In this document: positions 47,001 to 60,739 of the stretch, piece after piece
How positions within the stretch are numbered: the stretch's first letter is position 1
Layout of the letters: every line of letters starts with the position of its first letter
NCBI GenBank assembly: GCA_051362555.1
Contig: CM120642.1
Location: 24,366,001-24,430,000 of the forward strand
Direction of reading: 5' to 3'
Source: Lingula anatina
Lineage: Eukaryota > Animalia > Brachiopoda
DNA: 64,000 bases
Position numbers and translations under genes: made by a program
Notes under the pieces: model-generated
What the model was told of the DNA's origin: nothing
What the model saw: the letters and a program-made list of their open reading frames with translations, nothing else
The model's database searches: none

Positions 47001-50000
47001 AAATGAATAATAGTTCATATGCTACAGAAACTGTTGATGGCTATATTTATCATCTTTTCAAAAAATATAATAGAGATCATGATACCCGTGTAATGAATAA
47101 GGTTTTGGCAAGTAGTGTTTTCTGTTATGCATTTTGAAAAAAGACCAGTAGTTGTAAAATAATAAATTTTTTTTTCTTGTAGGATTCGCCAGTTTATGAG
47201 TGAGAGTCAGACTTCATACTGTGTATTGTTGTATTTTGGGGACAAAATTTACGCATTTAGAGACCCATATGGGAACCGTCCACTCTGCCTGGGGAAGTTG
47301 ATGGGAAGTCCAGGAGGAAGAATCTCAGGTATCATATAGTTTGGGTATGGCATGTCTGGGTGTGACAACAGATTCATCCCATCTGAAAATACAGAATTTT
47401 CAAGTTAGAGACTATTTCCAGAGACTGTCGTACTAACTTTGGATCAAACTATAGCTAAGGGGATTCTTGCTTAATTGCAGTTAGCTTGAGCAGCTTAGAT
47501 GTTTGTCACCCCTACTGAAGCAGATAAGGGGTAATTCACTATTGTTTAGCAGCTTTACCAGGCGTGCCAGACACCTAAGCCACTTAAACTGAAAGCAATT
47601 TAACGAGAAACCTCGTGGAGTTGGACCGATACTGTAAAATCGATCTAGGGAAAGGAACCCCGTCTTAGAGTTAATGTTAATCAGTTTTATTTGTGGCATG
47701 GACCACAAGTAAGATATAAACAAAACATTGAAGAAAGAGTTGCTTCAAGATGAACAGTTATTTTTCATTTTCAGATAGCCAAAATGATAATGCAGAATGT
47801 GACGGTTATGTTGTATCATCGGAGTCTTGTGTCTTCACCTGTATTGGAGCTGCCTATCACAGGGAGGTTTTACCAGGTTGGTTTTGTGGCACTACAATAC
47901 ATTCTGCACAGCAACTGCTTAAATAAAGGGCTATCTAATCTTCAGGGATATCGGCTACAAGTGTTATAATAATTGTAGTTCCTGCCTGTGGTGTTCAATT
48001 GCTACCTCTCTTTCCTTGTGCATAAGACATATAGGTTGGCTATATTTTTGACAATGTGTTGCATTTTTATTTGTTTCAATTTATAAGTGTAAAAATGTCT
48101 AAATGTTTATAGACCCGCCACTGAATTATGACGATCATAGAAACAAAATCTCATCTGATTCTCATAGTACAGGCTCATTCTTTCCTCGAAACAAATTTCC
48201 TATCAAAACCATTCTTCCGCCACAACATAAAATATTCTAACTCTTGTTTTCATGTGTAGAATTGTTAGTGAAACTTTTTGAGTTGAATGTTTGTCTTGGC
48301 AGTTAAGGTTTTTAAAAGTTTTCACTATTTAAGGATAATGAGAAGGTATGAGTTTTTAAGCCTTGATATGGTCATCCAAGTTTTTTTGCTTTAAATAATT
48401 AGGTTTTTAAGCAATAATTTTAAAGTATAAATGGTCCATGTGTATTTTACCTAGGAGAGATTGTTGAAATATCCCGCAGCGGCTTTAAGTCAGTGTGTGT
48501 AGTGCCCCGTGCAGAGGACAGAAAGGCTGCATTTTGTATATTTGAGTATGTCTACTTTGCCAGGCCTGACAGTATATTTGAGGGTAAGTAGTGAAGTGTT
48601 TTATATTTACTGTTTTAGCATTGGATCTCTTTTGTGTGGCTAAGAGACAGACTTTGTATCTGGGCTTTTTACCTGTAATTTTGGAACTTTGTTTCTCAGT
48701 GCCTTTATGAATATACTTGTCAAGTTTCAAAACTGTCCAGATGTCTCAATAAAAATTGTCACCTTTGTCGTTGGTACAACAGTAATGTGTATGAGTAAAT
48801 TGGGCAGTTATAATTAGTGAAATAAAACAATGAATTTTCATCCCTCCCAAGATATAACTGAAAAAGAGACCAATTTTTGATTTGAATTTCTATATTGTAC
48901 ACGTCACTGAGGCAAGTGTGAGGCAAGGTTATTAGGAACCAATATTATTATCATTATTGTTATGATTATTATTATTATTATTAAAACTTGCACTCCTTTT
49001 AATTGTTCATAAATTATCTATTTCAGGTCAAATGGTTTACAATGCCAGATTTCGCTGTGGAGAGATGTTGGCCAAAGAATTACCAGTGAAGGCTGATTTA
49101 GTAAGCACAGTACCAGAGTCTGCCACACCTGCAGCACTGGGATTCTCCAAACAGGTGAGGAAAAATAGTGCCATCAACAAGATAATGATTAAAGAAGTTT
49201 TATTGTAATCAATTACCCCACATGTAGTGGTTACTAAGCTGGTTCATTAATTTTTGAAAGTTTTTTCAAATGAAACAAACACCATAACATTCAGTATACA
49301 TACATAAACATTTTACAGTAATTTTTGGTTAAGAAATAAAGTGCATTGCGTGACCGTGCCAAGCCTTAGCAACTTGCTTCACTGTGCATCATTCAGACGG
49401 TGTTGAAATGTTTTCCAAAATGATAATTCTTTTTAACTTTAATGGGATTACAGATATTTTCAAGCTTTTTAAACTCCTGTTTTGCTTGTATTGTCTATGC
49501 AATGTGTTAATTAATTCTAATTTTGTTCCATTTTTATTTTCAGGCAGGAATACCATATGTAGAAGTCTTATGTAAGAACAGATATGTTGGCCGCACATTT
49601 ATCCAGCCCAGTTTGAGGCTGCGACAGATTGGAGTTGCTAAGAAGTTCGGACCACTCACCGAAAACTTTCGCGGCAAACGTGTGGTTCTAATAGATGATT
49701 CCATAGTTCGTGGGAACACCATGGCACCCATTGTGGGGCTTTTAAAGCAATCAGGAGCCAAAGAGGTAAAGTACAAAGGACTGGAATTCTGTGTAAGGCC
49801 CCATTCAGAATAGGGGACTAGCTTGTCTGAGGGTCAAATATGGCGACCCACTACAAAGCTTGCCGTCTAATCCGCTAATAGACACCGAATAGATATCCTT
49901 TGGGGAAGTATTCAAGTGGGTCAGCCATATTTGACCCTCGGACTAGTTAGTCCCCTTTTCTGAATGGGGCCTAATGTGCATTCTTTATCAGTTTAATGCG

Positions 50001-51853
50001 ATTTAGATTGAGATTTTTTTTGCTGAGGGTTTACGTAAAGGTGTAGAAGTATTTGGAAACTTTTTTTTTTTTGCGTTCTTTTTTCCAGGTTCATGTTCGT
50101 GTGGCCTCTCCACCAATTAAGTATCCATGTTACATGGGGATAAACATTCCAACAAAAGAAGAGCTCATAGCCAACAAGCTATCCCTTGACAAATTGTCAG
50201 TTTACTTGGGTGAGTCTAAAAAAAAGTGCCTTTGGTTTGGCTTTCATATTATTTCATGTGTATTAGACTTCTATATAGAGAGAGCAAAAAATTGAATTTT
50301 TTCATGAAAATTCAGTAATTTTCATTTATGCCTTACCCTAAGCAATACTAAGGATTACCATCTAAAAACCCATTTTAGAGATTTAAGTTTTTGATTTTTG
50401 CAGTTGCAAGAAAATTTTACCTTTCTCTTTCACCACTCTTAAGAGTGATTCAAATAACTAGAAGCCCAGAACTTATCAACAGATTTATGGATTGTAATTC
50501 TGCAAATGGTTTTGGATATGATATACTTTCAAGTTGGTAAATAAGTGAAAAATGTTAAAATTCACCCAAAAATTAAATATTTGCAGTGATATAAAGGTTC
50601 TGGCCCCCATTTCACAAAAAATCTTATCTAGTCGACTAGCTCGGGCTGGGTGGCCTAGCTAGGTCGACTACATTGCAGTCGACTAGGAGTGTTTCACAAA
50701 GAATCTAACGTCTTAGCTTGGCGTGCTTACCGTAGTCGACGCACACGAGAAACTCTTCAAGAAAAGGAGGTGTAAAATTTCAAAAGTTTCACAAGACATG
50801 ACGTTTCATGGCCTCTTTCGGCCGAGAACGATTGTTTATCAACAATAAAAGTCAGCCAAAACACAAACAAAGTTTGTTTTTGAACTTTATTGATTAGTTT
50901 AACTTCAATACAACTTCAAAGTAACAGTTAAACATTAGCTTGTCGTGGAACACTGCTGACTTGTTGTCTAGCGGTCAAAAACATAAACAAACACGCGATC
51001 GGCTGGGTAAAGTGGCATTTTATTTTTTATTTCAATATTCCATAAATGTGAGTGCTATTCAAGGATATTATAACACAATATCTTGAAGGAGGTATGTTCT
51101 TTCCAAATTTTTGTTTATGCTCTCATTTACCTAGTTTTAGTTGAGCTTGCCGACTTAAGTCTCCTCCCGAGGAGGCTAGACATCGTCGACTAGCAGCTAA
51201 GAAAAAACGACGTAAGCAACCTTTTAGATTCTTTGTGAAACGGGACTTAGTGACGTAACGACTTAATTACGTTGGTAACCAAGCTCTTAGTCAGGGAAAC
51301 CGACTTAAGTATTTTTGTGAAACAGGGGCCAGCACTGATTGTTTTTTGAGATTTTCTTTTGAAGTTGAATCTTGGAAGTAGTCTAATATTAAATTGGTTT
51401 AAATTTGTTAAAATAAGAATTGTTTCTGATCTTTCTCATTTTGCATCATAGTGTGCATCTTCAGTAATCTTTGAATCTAATATGATTATACCATATTTTG
51501 GGAATTCAGTTGAAGAAATCCAGAATGAAGCATTTTGCCCCCCCCCCCCCCAACCCCATCCATAAACACACCTGCATTGATTTAAATGATAGTACGAAGT
51601 TCCACCTTCATTGTGCTTGTTGAGCCAATTAGTATGTGAACTGTGACACACAATTAGAAGACATTGTGGTAGTTGAGATGGTCAGATGTGACACAATTGT
51701 GTTCCTTATATTTCAGGAGCAGACAGTGTGGGGTATCTCTCTGTGGATGGTTTGGTCACTGCTGTTCAGGAAGGAATTCCCAACAAAACCAAAGGCACTG
51801 GACACTGCACTGCTTGCCTGACTGCTAACTACCCAGTAGAGCTGGAGTGGTAG
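40250..51853 (+). CDS. PPAT: Amidophosphoribosyltransferase (glutamine PRPP amidotransferase), Fe-S type
   Basis: Exons: 40250-40374, 41822-41958, 42808-42941, 43285-43397, 47183-47328, 47775-47876, 48455-48583, 49027-49154, 49544-49765, 50089-50209, 51717-51853 (TAG). Propeptide [10 protein letters not shown]|[54 protein letters not shown] motif [22 protein letters not shown]-terminal HCTAC...YPVELEW. Confidence 0.97.
40973..41056. repeat. (AT)n microsatellite
   Basis: About 42 uninterrupted AT units in PPAT intron 1. Other simple repeats: (CA)n near 24078, 26901 and 56646; (AT)n 56986-57039; (AAT)n 62692-62728; poly-G 38454-38479 and 51867-51894. Confidence 0.95.
43484..46815 (+). mobile_element. 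Composite Helentron-associated (HINE/CvA-like) non-autonomous element with internal repeat array
   Basis: Starts in a T-run with a perfect 12-bp hairpin atgtacagacac-agat-gtgtctgtacat (43490-43517), then a GCCGAT/GGCGAT microsatellite, then long internal repeats. Ends with the sub-terminal repeat tgtctgtacat (46784-46794) and a short palindrome gacagc-ttt-gctgcc. A second, 5'-truncated head starts at about 44413. Confidence 0.75.
49797..49971. mobile_element. PIF/Harbinger-type MITE with long TIRs
   Basis: TAA on both sides (49794-49796, 49972-49974). About 65-bp TIRs ggccccattcagaataggggactagc...gagggtcaaatatggcgacccact and the reverse complement at the right end. Confidence 0.9.
50600..51332. 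mobile_element. Non-autonomous TIR DNA transposon (Harbinger-like termini)
   Basis: Ends ctggcccccatttcacaaaaa / tttttgtgaaacaggggccag. Inner inverted pair gtttcacaaagaatctaa (about 50692) / ttagattctttgtgaaac (about 51224). Many subterminal gtcgact / cgacttaag motifs. No ORF. Confidence 0.8.
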
Positions 51854-51866
51854 TATTTTAATATTT

Positions 51867-51897
<31 letters not shown>

Positions 51898-53831
51898 ATG
51901 AGTATGAAATGCCAGGATGAGATGGTAAAAATATAGAATTTGAAGTGCATTTATGGTACAGTTCAAGTCAGATATGAATATTGAATCTCAAAAGATGATT
52001 TGGATTAAGCTGCATTTAAAGTTCTTGGAAAATATGGATTGTTATACAGGTTCACAACCGTAGGTATTCTTTGGTTTTAATATTTTTCATTATTGCATTA
52101 TTACCATTAAACATGATATTTATTACAATGCAAAAAAATAATTAAGACTGTCATCGAAAAAAAATTTAGTGTTAGAGTTTTAAAAGATACTTTACACTGT
52201 ACTTGAAATTTTGAAATTTACAAGAATGTTTCTAAAAATTGATTTTCCTTTAAGAGTGTCACATCACAAAGAGTTATTGTTTTATTGTTTTTCACTGTTA
52301 TATTTGCACCACATAAGTACTATGTGGCCCCTTATCTAAATGTTGTAGCTCTAGCTTTTCATTTTCTATCATAATGGCCATTGTATTATTTGTTTTATTT
52401 TACATTATTTAAGTTGTGTTGTCCATGTTCAAATGCCTACATATTGTTTTTGGTACAATTATCAAAAATGATAGGGATTATTATTTCTATTATTTTTATA
52501 TTTATTATTAAAGCTTTAAATCTGTTCACAGCTTTGAGTACAGATTATAGTTGCATATTAAGCCATAAACTTATCAGCTCACTAGCCATTTGGACCACCA
52601 CTTTCCTGAAATAAACAGCCAAAAATAGCTTTAAAATAGCTTTGAATTTTTTAGTTGTAAATTAATCTATTTATTCGTTCATTTAGTTAGTAAATAATGC
52701 AGTACTGTGTGCATTTTTTAATCATCATTCCAATGTATGGATGTAGCTGTGCCTGCTATTGCATGTGTATACAAATTAGTTGCCAAAAATATCCGAGGGA
52801 TATATAAATTTGGCAAAAAAAGAAAGAAAGTGTTAGTCAAATATCATTTTTCTGGAAATATGAAACAATTTCCTTTGATATTATATTAAGTTATACTATT
52901 TGAAACTATATGGTAGCATTTGGTTGGGTTTTGTGGTAAAAATTTGACTTCAAATGCATATTTCATATTAGTAATAACAAGACCTTGGTTTTGTCAAAGT
53001 ATTTTTTTTTTTACTTTTTATTTAAAATCATCATGTAACAGTTACAATTTCAAAAATATAAAATCAAATTGAAAACTTTTGAAAACGTATAGAAAAAAAA
53101 AATTTGATGGCCATGTTGGACCACTGGATTAAAAAAATACTGATAATCCACTGGTTCAAACAAAATTTTACCATCCACGGGTGTAGAAACAGCGGTTAAG
53201 GTTGCAGACTGATATAAGTAGGGGCAAGTAATTAGTTTTTTTTTTTTTTTTTTTACAATTTTTTTGTATTTGCTTGAAAACCAAAGCTTAAGAATTTTTG
53301 ATAGTTATTAAATTATATCAGTTTTTTGTAACATGGCAGCAAGAAGAAAATTATATTACACATTTTCCAATTTCTTTTATGATAGAAAGTGCACTTCTTG
53401 GTAAGATTTCTTGAATTTGCTGGCAAAATTTTTGTTCAGCATACTGAATATTATATTGTTTTACACATGAATTTACACACATTTTTGTCATGTGGAATTC
53501 GCTAATAAAAAAGAAAAAGCAATACTCTTGTTGACTTTTGTTTAAACAAAAGATCAAAGAAAAGTTATTTGGTTTGCCAATTTTATCAAAAACACCAAAT
53601 ACGTATTTGCAAGTGTTTGAAGTACATTAATTGCGACTTTGAATACAACATTCTCAATTTTTAGAAAGTAAACAACAAATATTAAATAGGAAATGCTTCA
53701 AAGCAAATAAGTTTTAAAATGGAAACAACGGCATTGATAAGAATAGTTACGTAGTAAACAGCATTTACATGTTCGTGTAGTTTTGATAACTACATGCACT
53801 TTCTCCAACGAAGTAAGTTATATTATCGTCG

Positions 53832-54668
53832 GCGCTGGTTTTTCAGTTATTGGACAAAATCTTAAAACGTTTTAGAAAAAAATTGGTCAAGTTCGAGAAG
53901 TGAGGAAGAGAGATGGGTACAATTATAAAATAGAGGTCCTATTAAAATAATTCTATTGTCCCATTTTTGTCATCACATCTGATGTCATCTCACTGATATC
54001 ATCTAGATTCGAAGATAAAATCGTCGTTTGGCATTCAAGTTTCTAACTATCCCAAAAGTAAAAGACGCGTCATAGTGTCAGTGTTTGAAGAGGCGGACTG
54101 TAGAAAAGACTACAGGATCAGATAATAAAAATAAAAGTTGTTGTCACGCGTCAGTTATGGGATGCATTGACCATGTACTATTATGTAATATAGACCAGAC
54201 AAAGATCAGTGATAAATCATGCATATAAATAGTAAAATTATAGAAATGGCACAAAGGCCTTCAGCCAAATATTTTTTTAAAAAATAGAAGAGGCGACATG
54301 TATTAGAACATTAGTAAATATCAGTTAAATGTAGTTTCGATAGTATCTGTCGCAGACAAAGAGGGTTATATTTTCATAGTCCAGCGCTGGTTTTTCAAGT
54401 ATTAGGAAAGATCAGAAAAGTTTTACAAAAGTTTGATAAATCTTTTGGGGTGGGGAACTTTTTAGAGTGTCATTTAGCTTCTAAGAAATTATGGCCGTTT
54501 TGGCAGATGTATTCCTGTATGAAATTATACCAAAAGAGCAAGACGCGTCATTTTGTCAGTGTTAGAAACGGCAGTCTACAAGTCAGTCTAAGATCAGATA
54601 AAGAAATAAAGGTTGTTGTCACATGTCAGTCATGGCATACTAATTCAAGCGTGTAGCATTATGTAATA
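53832..54668 (+). repeat. Diverged tandem duplication upstream of the metalloprotease gene (53832-54190 versus 54384-54668)
   Basis: Collinear shared blocks gcgctggtttttca, ccaaaag..aagacgcgtcat..tgtcagtgtt, gatcagataa..aaataaa.gttgttgtcac..gtcagt, attatgtaata. Confidence 0.8.
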
Positions 54669-54873
54669 CATCGTACTTTCGGACAGCCATTTGCCAAACA
54701 CTTTTATTCCATTACTCTGTGATAACGACACACACCTCCGATAAATAAACGGACATTTTACGACAAAAGCAGTTTAATATTTCAAGACAACACCAAGAGA
54801 CGGTTAGGCTGTGTCCCCAGCTCGCCATTTTACAGTGGTAAAATTGTGAAATAGAAGTTCTCTTCTGGTCGCC

Positions 54874-56644
54874 ATGAAGCTTGGTTCAATTCTACCTACC
54901 TTGTTATTGGGATCATGCATCACCTGCCTCGACGCGGCTCATATTGACTGGGCACCTGATGAAGGTTTAGGTACGTTTTTTTTTTTTTTAGCAAACTTAA
55001 TTTTGAGGGAATCCATAAAGCTTTGTTCTTCTTTTCAACTCATGTAGTGGACCAGTTATCTGTTCAAAACGATAGGGAATGAGGGAGGTTATATTATTTA
55101 CTCTATCTTTCGGAGGGTACAAGACGGGGTCTCCAAATCGATAGAGATCGCTCCAAGGTGACATGACAACTGCTCACCATCACGTTGTCACTGGGTATCC
55201 GGAATTGCGAGCCTCCATGCCTCCACGGCTGTCATCTCGATCGGTTAATCGAATTTAAAAAACACGGTACTAGTTTAAACATGTAGTTAAAAAAGAAAAC
55301 AAACAAGATGGGTATTTTATCTTAAAACAATTGTGATACAATGAAATCGCCACACGTAATGAATAAGTGTACTAAATTCATTTTGACCTTTTCTTCACTT
55401 TGTTATCGTATACTGCAGTGATATTTGAAGGGAGTGCAGCTAAGATTCTTTGAGCGATCAAATTGAAAATTTATAAAAATGTAAACTTGTAAAAATTTTG
55501 TAAAAAACACACTTCCCAGTGTTTCCCTTCGGGGCTCTTTATACAAGGGAACTCAAATAAAAACAATTGGATTTCAACAAAGATTTCTAATAATTTTAAA
55601 TGGTTAAGTTGCGTTTCACTTATAATCTAAAAGCATGCGTTCTGTGCTTATGCTAAGCTGATTTGTCGTGAATCAAACGTTTATGACGCTTTTAGACCAA
55701 TATGCAAAAACAGCCGCTGAGATAGCAGTTATTTTAATAATTCTTAAAAGAATTGAATATTTAGTTTTTAAGACCAAAAACATCACTAGGCGCAAAGAAT
55801 TGTTGGTCACTTTTTCTAGATATGTACATATGAATGAAAACAGTAGATTGATTAAAACACGCTTTAATTACATAACATGCCAAAATGCAGGGTTTTTAAA
55901 AAGCTTATTTTGCAGACTTTCAGCTGGTAACAGTTCGCGAATTGCCGCAAGCTGCCGTGAGGGGTCGGGTAGAACGAGGACTGGATAAAAATCTCGCTAC
56001 AAGACGGTACCAATTTGATGCCTATAGTAAGCACTTCGATCTTCGGTTACATAGGAACAGTCGCATTGATATCAATAACATCCCAGTGTATTATGTGGCG
56101 GACGACGGGAGTATCCTGAAGAAAGAAGAAGAGAGTGAAGATGTATGTAATATCAAGTTTCTGATCACTTAAAAACACAGAATGAGCTTGATGCCTTTAA
56201 GTGCCAAATAAACAAGTATCAATTTATCACCAAGGTATTCCTATCCAATAATGTTGATCATGTTCATTGTTCCATTGCACCTTTGAATCTAGAGTATAAT
56301 AGTTTATTTCTTTACTTTCTGTCTTGTGGAAAAGTCTGTGACCTATTTTATTCTTTATATTTTTAAAGGTTTTAACACAGCGACGCTTTTACAGGGCAAT
56401 TTATACCCGATTTTGTATAAATAACATAGTTATAGCCTAAATAAATATTCATCTTAAAATTTGAATTTTTCACCTCTTCAGGATTTCGTCTTGTACCAGG
56501 ATAAGGGTAGTAATGCGGCTGTTGGCATGTTTGTTGTGGCGGATAAAGAGAAATTGGTAAGTAAAGTTTAAAGAGACATTTAAGAGCTGACTATCCGACC
56601 GAAAAAAGGTAGTTTTTTAACATTTCAGTTTTATATGTATCAAT

Positions 56645-56687
<43 letters not shown>

Positions 56688-56981
56688 GAATTACGTATAC
56701 GCTACTTGTATTCAGTCTTGAATAGTGATTTTTGTACATTTTTCCACTGCCGTCTTAGAAAAAAATTGCATTTCCAGGAGGGTTTTGTTGTTGACGGTGA
56801 CACGATGTACGAGTTGAGGCACGTAGCAGACGATAACTATCACGTGTTGCGAAAGAAAATTGAAAGCATAAACGCAGTCGACGGCAGGGGTTTCATTGAT
56901 ACAGACACGGAAGTTCGACATTTTGGCGGAACGAAGGGTAAAGGAGACGATTGCATAAATTACCTTATCAATATACATTTT

Positions 56982-57042
<61 letters not shown>

Positions 57043-60000
57043 ACCATAGTATTGGTGAAATGAATTATTTTCATAGTTTTCAAATTTTAATTTCCCTTAA
57101 AACTGATTTGCTGTGTTTCAAGGTTTATCGGAAATATTTGCTTTACCATAATGGTCTAGAACCTAGAAGAATAAGGTTTATCTGAACATTTTCCTTAACC
57201 ATAACGTTATTCTAGAAGGGAACGCTCGAGAACGTCGGTCCGCCAAAACGTTTTTTCTGCCCAAACCACCGTTACTCCGAACCAAAAGACATGGAAAGAA
57301 GTCGAAAAAACCTAAAACTAAAAAGAACAAAAAATCACCCAAATCGAAAGGATCACCCAGGTTCAGTGGGAACCATGTTGACGCCTGCATCGAGCTTCTT
57401 ATTCTCAGTGATGACTCGATGTGGGATTTTTATATGGCAAGGAATGACCAGAACGTCGACAAAACTGAACGGGAATTGAAACGGCTTTATGCTAAAATCA
57501 CGAATATGGTATGTTTTCTTGAATCTGGGATATTATTAAAAGATGTATATAAAGCAAAAGCTTATGTCAAACCGTGACTGCTTTTAGACTAAAAGTATTT
57601 AGATCAATTTAAAACAAATGAAAATCTATTACTTTGGTTGAGTTATTTGAATTAGTGTAGTATCTTGAAACCTCTAGGTTGGTTGGATCCCTATCCGAAA
57701 AATCTTTGCCCGTGAACTCCCATTGAATATTTCGTTTTCTTTCTTATCTTTTGTCTGTTGTATTTAAGGCCGGTGGAATATTTATTTTTATTGCACAACA
57801 AGATATTTATTTAAAATTTATCTTGAACAACGTGTGGCATCTTCGAGTAAAATATAATGAATTACATTCATTTCTCTATATGGTTTGATTTTCATCCCTA
57901 CATTGGCACATAGTTTAGCTCTTTATGTTTGGACTTTGAATTATTTTACAGCTGGACCTCACATTTCAAAGAATAGAAGATCCAGATTTGAATATCCACG
58001 TGGTGTTGTCAGCTTATGTCATTGTAACGGTAATTGGAATTTTTTAGCTCTTTGACTAAAGACTCGTTGTTTGTATAAAATCTTAAGGCTTGACTTAAGA
58101 TTCGTTGTTTGACTTTGTAAGCTGAAGGAAGAAATAGAGGTCAAAAGGTACACTAAAAGAAAAAGTCGTTTTGAGTCGAAACATTTCTTTTTTAACCAAT
58201 AATGAAATTCTAAGTAATCGTCAATTTTAAACACAATTTTTACTTGCTGTTTTATCTATCGTAACACCTAGTCATAAAAACACTTTTAGAAAAAATGTAT
58301 CTGGCTTATTTTGTGTTAATTTTTTTCTGTTTTATTTCATCAGAACTCCTCCCAGGCACCCGGCTTCGGTAGATATACTTTCCCTGGAGAACCGGAGAGA
58401 TTGGACAGAGTTCTGGTTGACGGATACGAAACTTACGATTATTGGAGAGAATTCCTACAAAAATCTTATAACTCATTTCCAAAACATGACCACGGCATGG
58501 CTTTTACAAGGTGTCTTAAATGGGCATACAAAAGATTTGAAATTTTCACAGTCTTTTTGTGTTGATATTTTCAGATTTGTGATTATTTTATGAAAATTGT
58601 AAAATTAAGATATTTTAAAATACATGATTATCAATTTATAATACCTACAATACCAATCAAGCAGAATCCTAGCTTTATTTTGATAGAGCCCCTTACGCCC
58701 CAACCCGAGTCCGAGTGTTTAGGCTGTATTCCCAGAGCTTTCAGATCGATCTATCCCCGCGGGGAGTCTCACTAGATTACTGTCAGATAATCCGGCTTAA
58801 ATGTCCGTCCCGCCTTCTACGAGCTGTAAGGGGGTAATTAACTTTCGTGTCCGCTCGGCTGACAGCTATTTAGCGTGAACCCCCAGGGAGTTAGGTCGAT
58901 CTAAAGTAGATCGATCTAATCTCTGGAAATGGGGTCTTATTTCTAGTAGGCCTAATGTTTCATGTTATTTTTCGCAGGCGAGATATAACAAGCCGTACGC
59001 CGGAAAAACCTTACCTTCTCGGTCTAGCTAATGTGGGTGCAATATGTAATAGAGCTGGTTCCACGTCTCTTGTTGAGGATTCCGGGCTGCTGTCCTACCT
59101 CACGGCAGCACATGAATTAGGCCACAGGTATGCGCGCGCGCTCGTACTACAACTTGTCTCTAAAAGAAAGCAATGCTTCTCTTCTTAGTTTCTTAGACGA
59201 CCTATGTTAATGTAATATTTCATGACACAACGTATGCCTTATTGTAATGTTGTGCACTGTATTTTCTTCTTTTCCAGCCTCGGAGCTCTTCATGACGTCA
59301 CTCCTGCCTGTAGGGGCCACCTGATGACTGCCTCTATTTTTGAAGTCAATGTGACGACTCTTTTTCAATATTATAAGTTCTCCTCTTGTTCCATAGAGAA
59401 ATTTAAAGAAACCCTGACGTAAGTAACTCCCAACGCATTGCTCAAATGTGGGTTACCGCGGGCCTAATAAGTATTTCAATTTGATCGAAAAAGAAAATAA
59501 ATTTCGGAAAAGACTTAGGGATGTTGAGCTTAGCGACGGCTAAAATCGGATAGCCGACTAAGTGAGGTAAATACTGCTATAGGTGATCATTAGTGCCATA
59601 CTGGTCTGAGAGTTTTTGAGTATGATTGGCCCATAATAAATATGAATTTGGCAGAAAGAAATGGGCTACTTTCACCTATATCAAACGTTTGTTAATTGCC
59701 AATCACAATTTACGTAATAAATTATTAACAATAAAAAGACAGCCTTTTAAAATCTTTGTGAAAAGCAACCTAGTTGAAAAAGTTTTTGTAGGTTTTGTAT
59801 GTAACACAAAAAACTGTATTGCTTTTTTTGTTTTGTATTGTTTTGTTTATGTAAATTAAGCTTATTAAACATATGTATAGGTTTACGTGTTGTGCGTAAT
59901 TACTACTGTATATAGATACAACAGCATTTTATGTTAGTTTATAGTATTCCACGATAAATATCGTTTTTTTCCAAGCATGAAATAAATGTTAAAATAATTA

Positions 60001-60210
60001 TTAAAATGTTATTATATTTTTACCACTCATCAAGAAATGCCTGTTGTCTCGCTGACAGTGGACAGTACGAAAATGAGAAAGAATTTAAACATATGACGAA
60101 AAAGCTTCACGGTGAACAATACAATGCAGACGAACAATGTCAGCTGGTATTTGGAAACGAGTCGAAAGCATGCACGGTAAGATCTGGCCCTTCTTCATCC
60201 TTCTTCAAAG

Positions 60211-60245
<35 letters not shown>

Positions 60246-60739
60246 TGAAGTTTCTTAAAGATTAGTTCTGTTAAAAAGTTATCATGTTTTCAGTGGAAAC
60301 CGCCTGCCACTTTGATTGTACTTTCAGCCTATCGAATCTCCAGAATTTTGTCATTTTCTACTATGCAATACTACGACGTCATGCCATAACCAGCTGAATC
60401 CGATGGATGGCACTTTCTGTGGAAAAGGAAAATGGTGTATAGAGGGCGACTGTGTAAGTAAAAGGGCGCCTCTTCCCTCGCACTATACTCAACGACGCGG
60501 GGCTAGTGGTGAACCGACTTCTTGGTGTTCAGAAGGTAAGGGGACGAGAAGTGTAAAATACGGCTTGGTTAAGGCTTGAAAAGGTTTCTTCAAGTTCTCA
60601 TGGTAATTATAAAGCCCAATGTTCTCATTCAACTAGGATATTTGACTTTAACCACGACTTTGTCTCGTACAAATTAACCATTTTAACATTAAATAAATAA
60701 TAAATAGGCCTAAGTATTATTTTTACAGATGGATTTTAG
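54874..60739 (+). CDS. Secreted ADAMTS-like zinc metalloprotease (M12B/reprolysin): signal peptide, prodomain, catalytic domain, disintegrin-like domain; C-terminus uncertain
   Basis: Exons: 54874-54970, 55916-56142, 56482-56556, 56778-56937, 57216-57508, 57952-58029, 58344-58510, 58978-59127, 59278-59418, 60035-60176, 60328-60535, 60729-60739 (TAG). Signal-like [21 protein letters not shown]; furin-type sites RERR and RTKR; IELLILSD; HDHGMAFT; GLANVGAIC; zinc motif HELGHSLGALHD; Met-turn HLMTA; [12 protein letters not shown] and [17 protein letters not shown]. Confidence 0.88.
58722..58936. mobile_element. PIF/Harbinger-type MITE, family A, copy 2 (inverted relative to 6163-6387)
   Basis: TTA on both sides (58719-58721, 58937-58939). 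Shares ggggagtctcactagattactgtcag, ccggcttaa and tttagcgtgaacccccaggga.ttaggtcgatctaaa with the reverse complement of copy 1. Confidence 0.85.
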
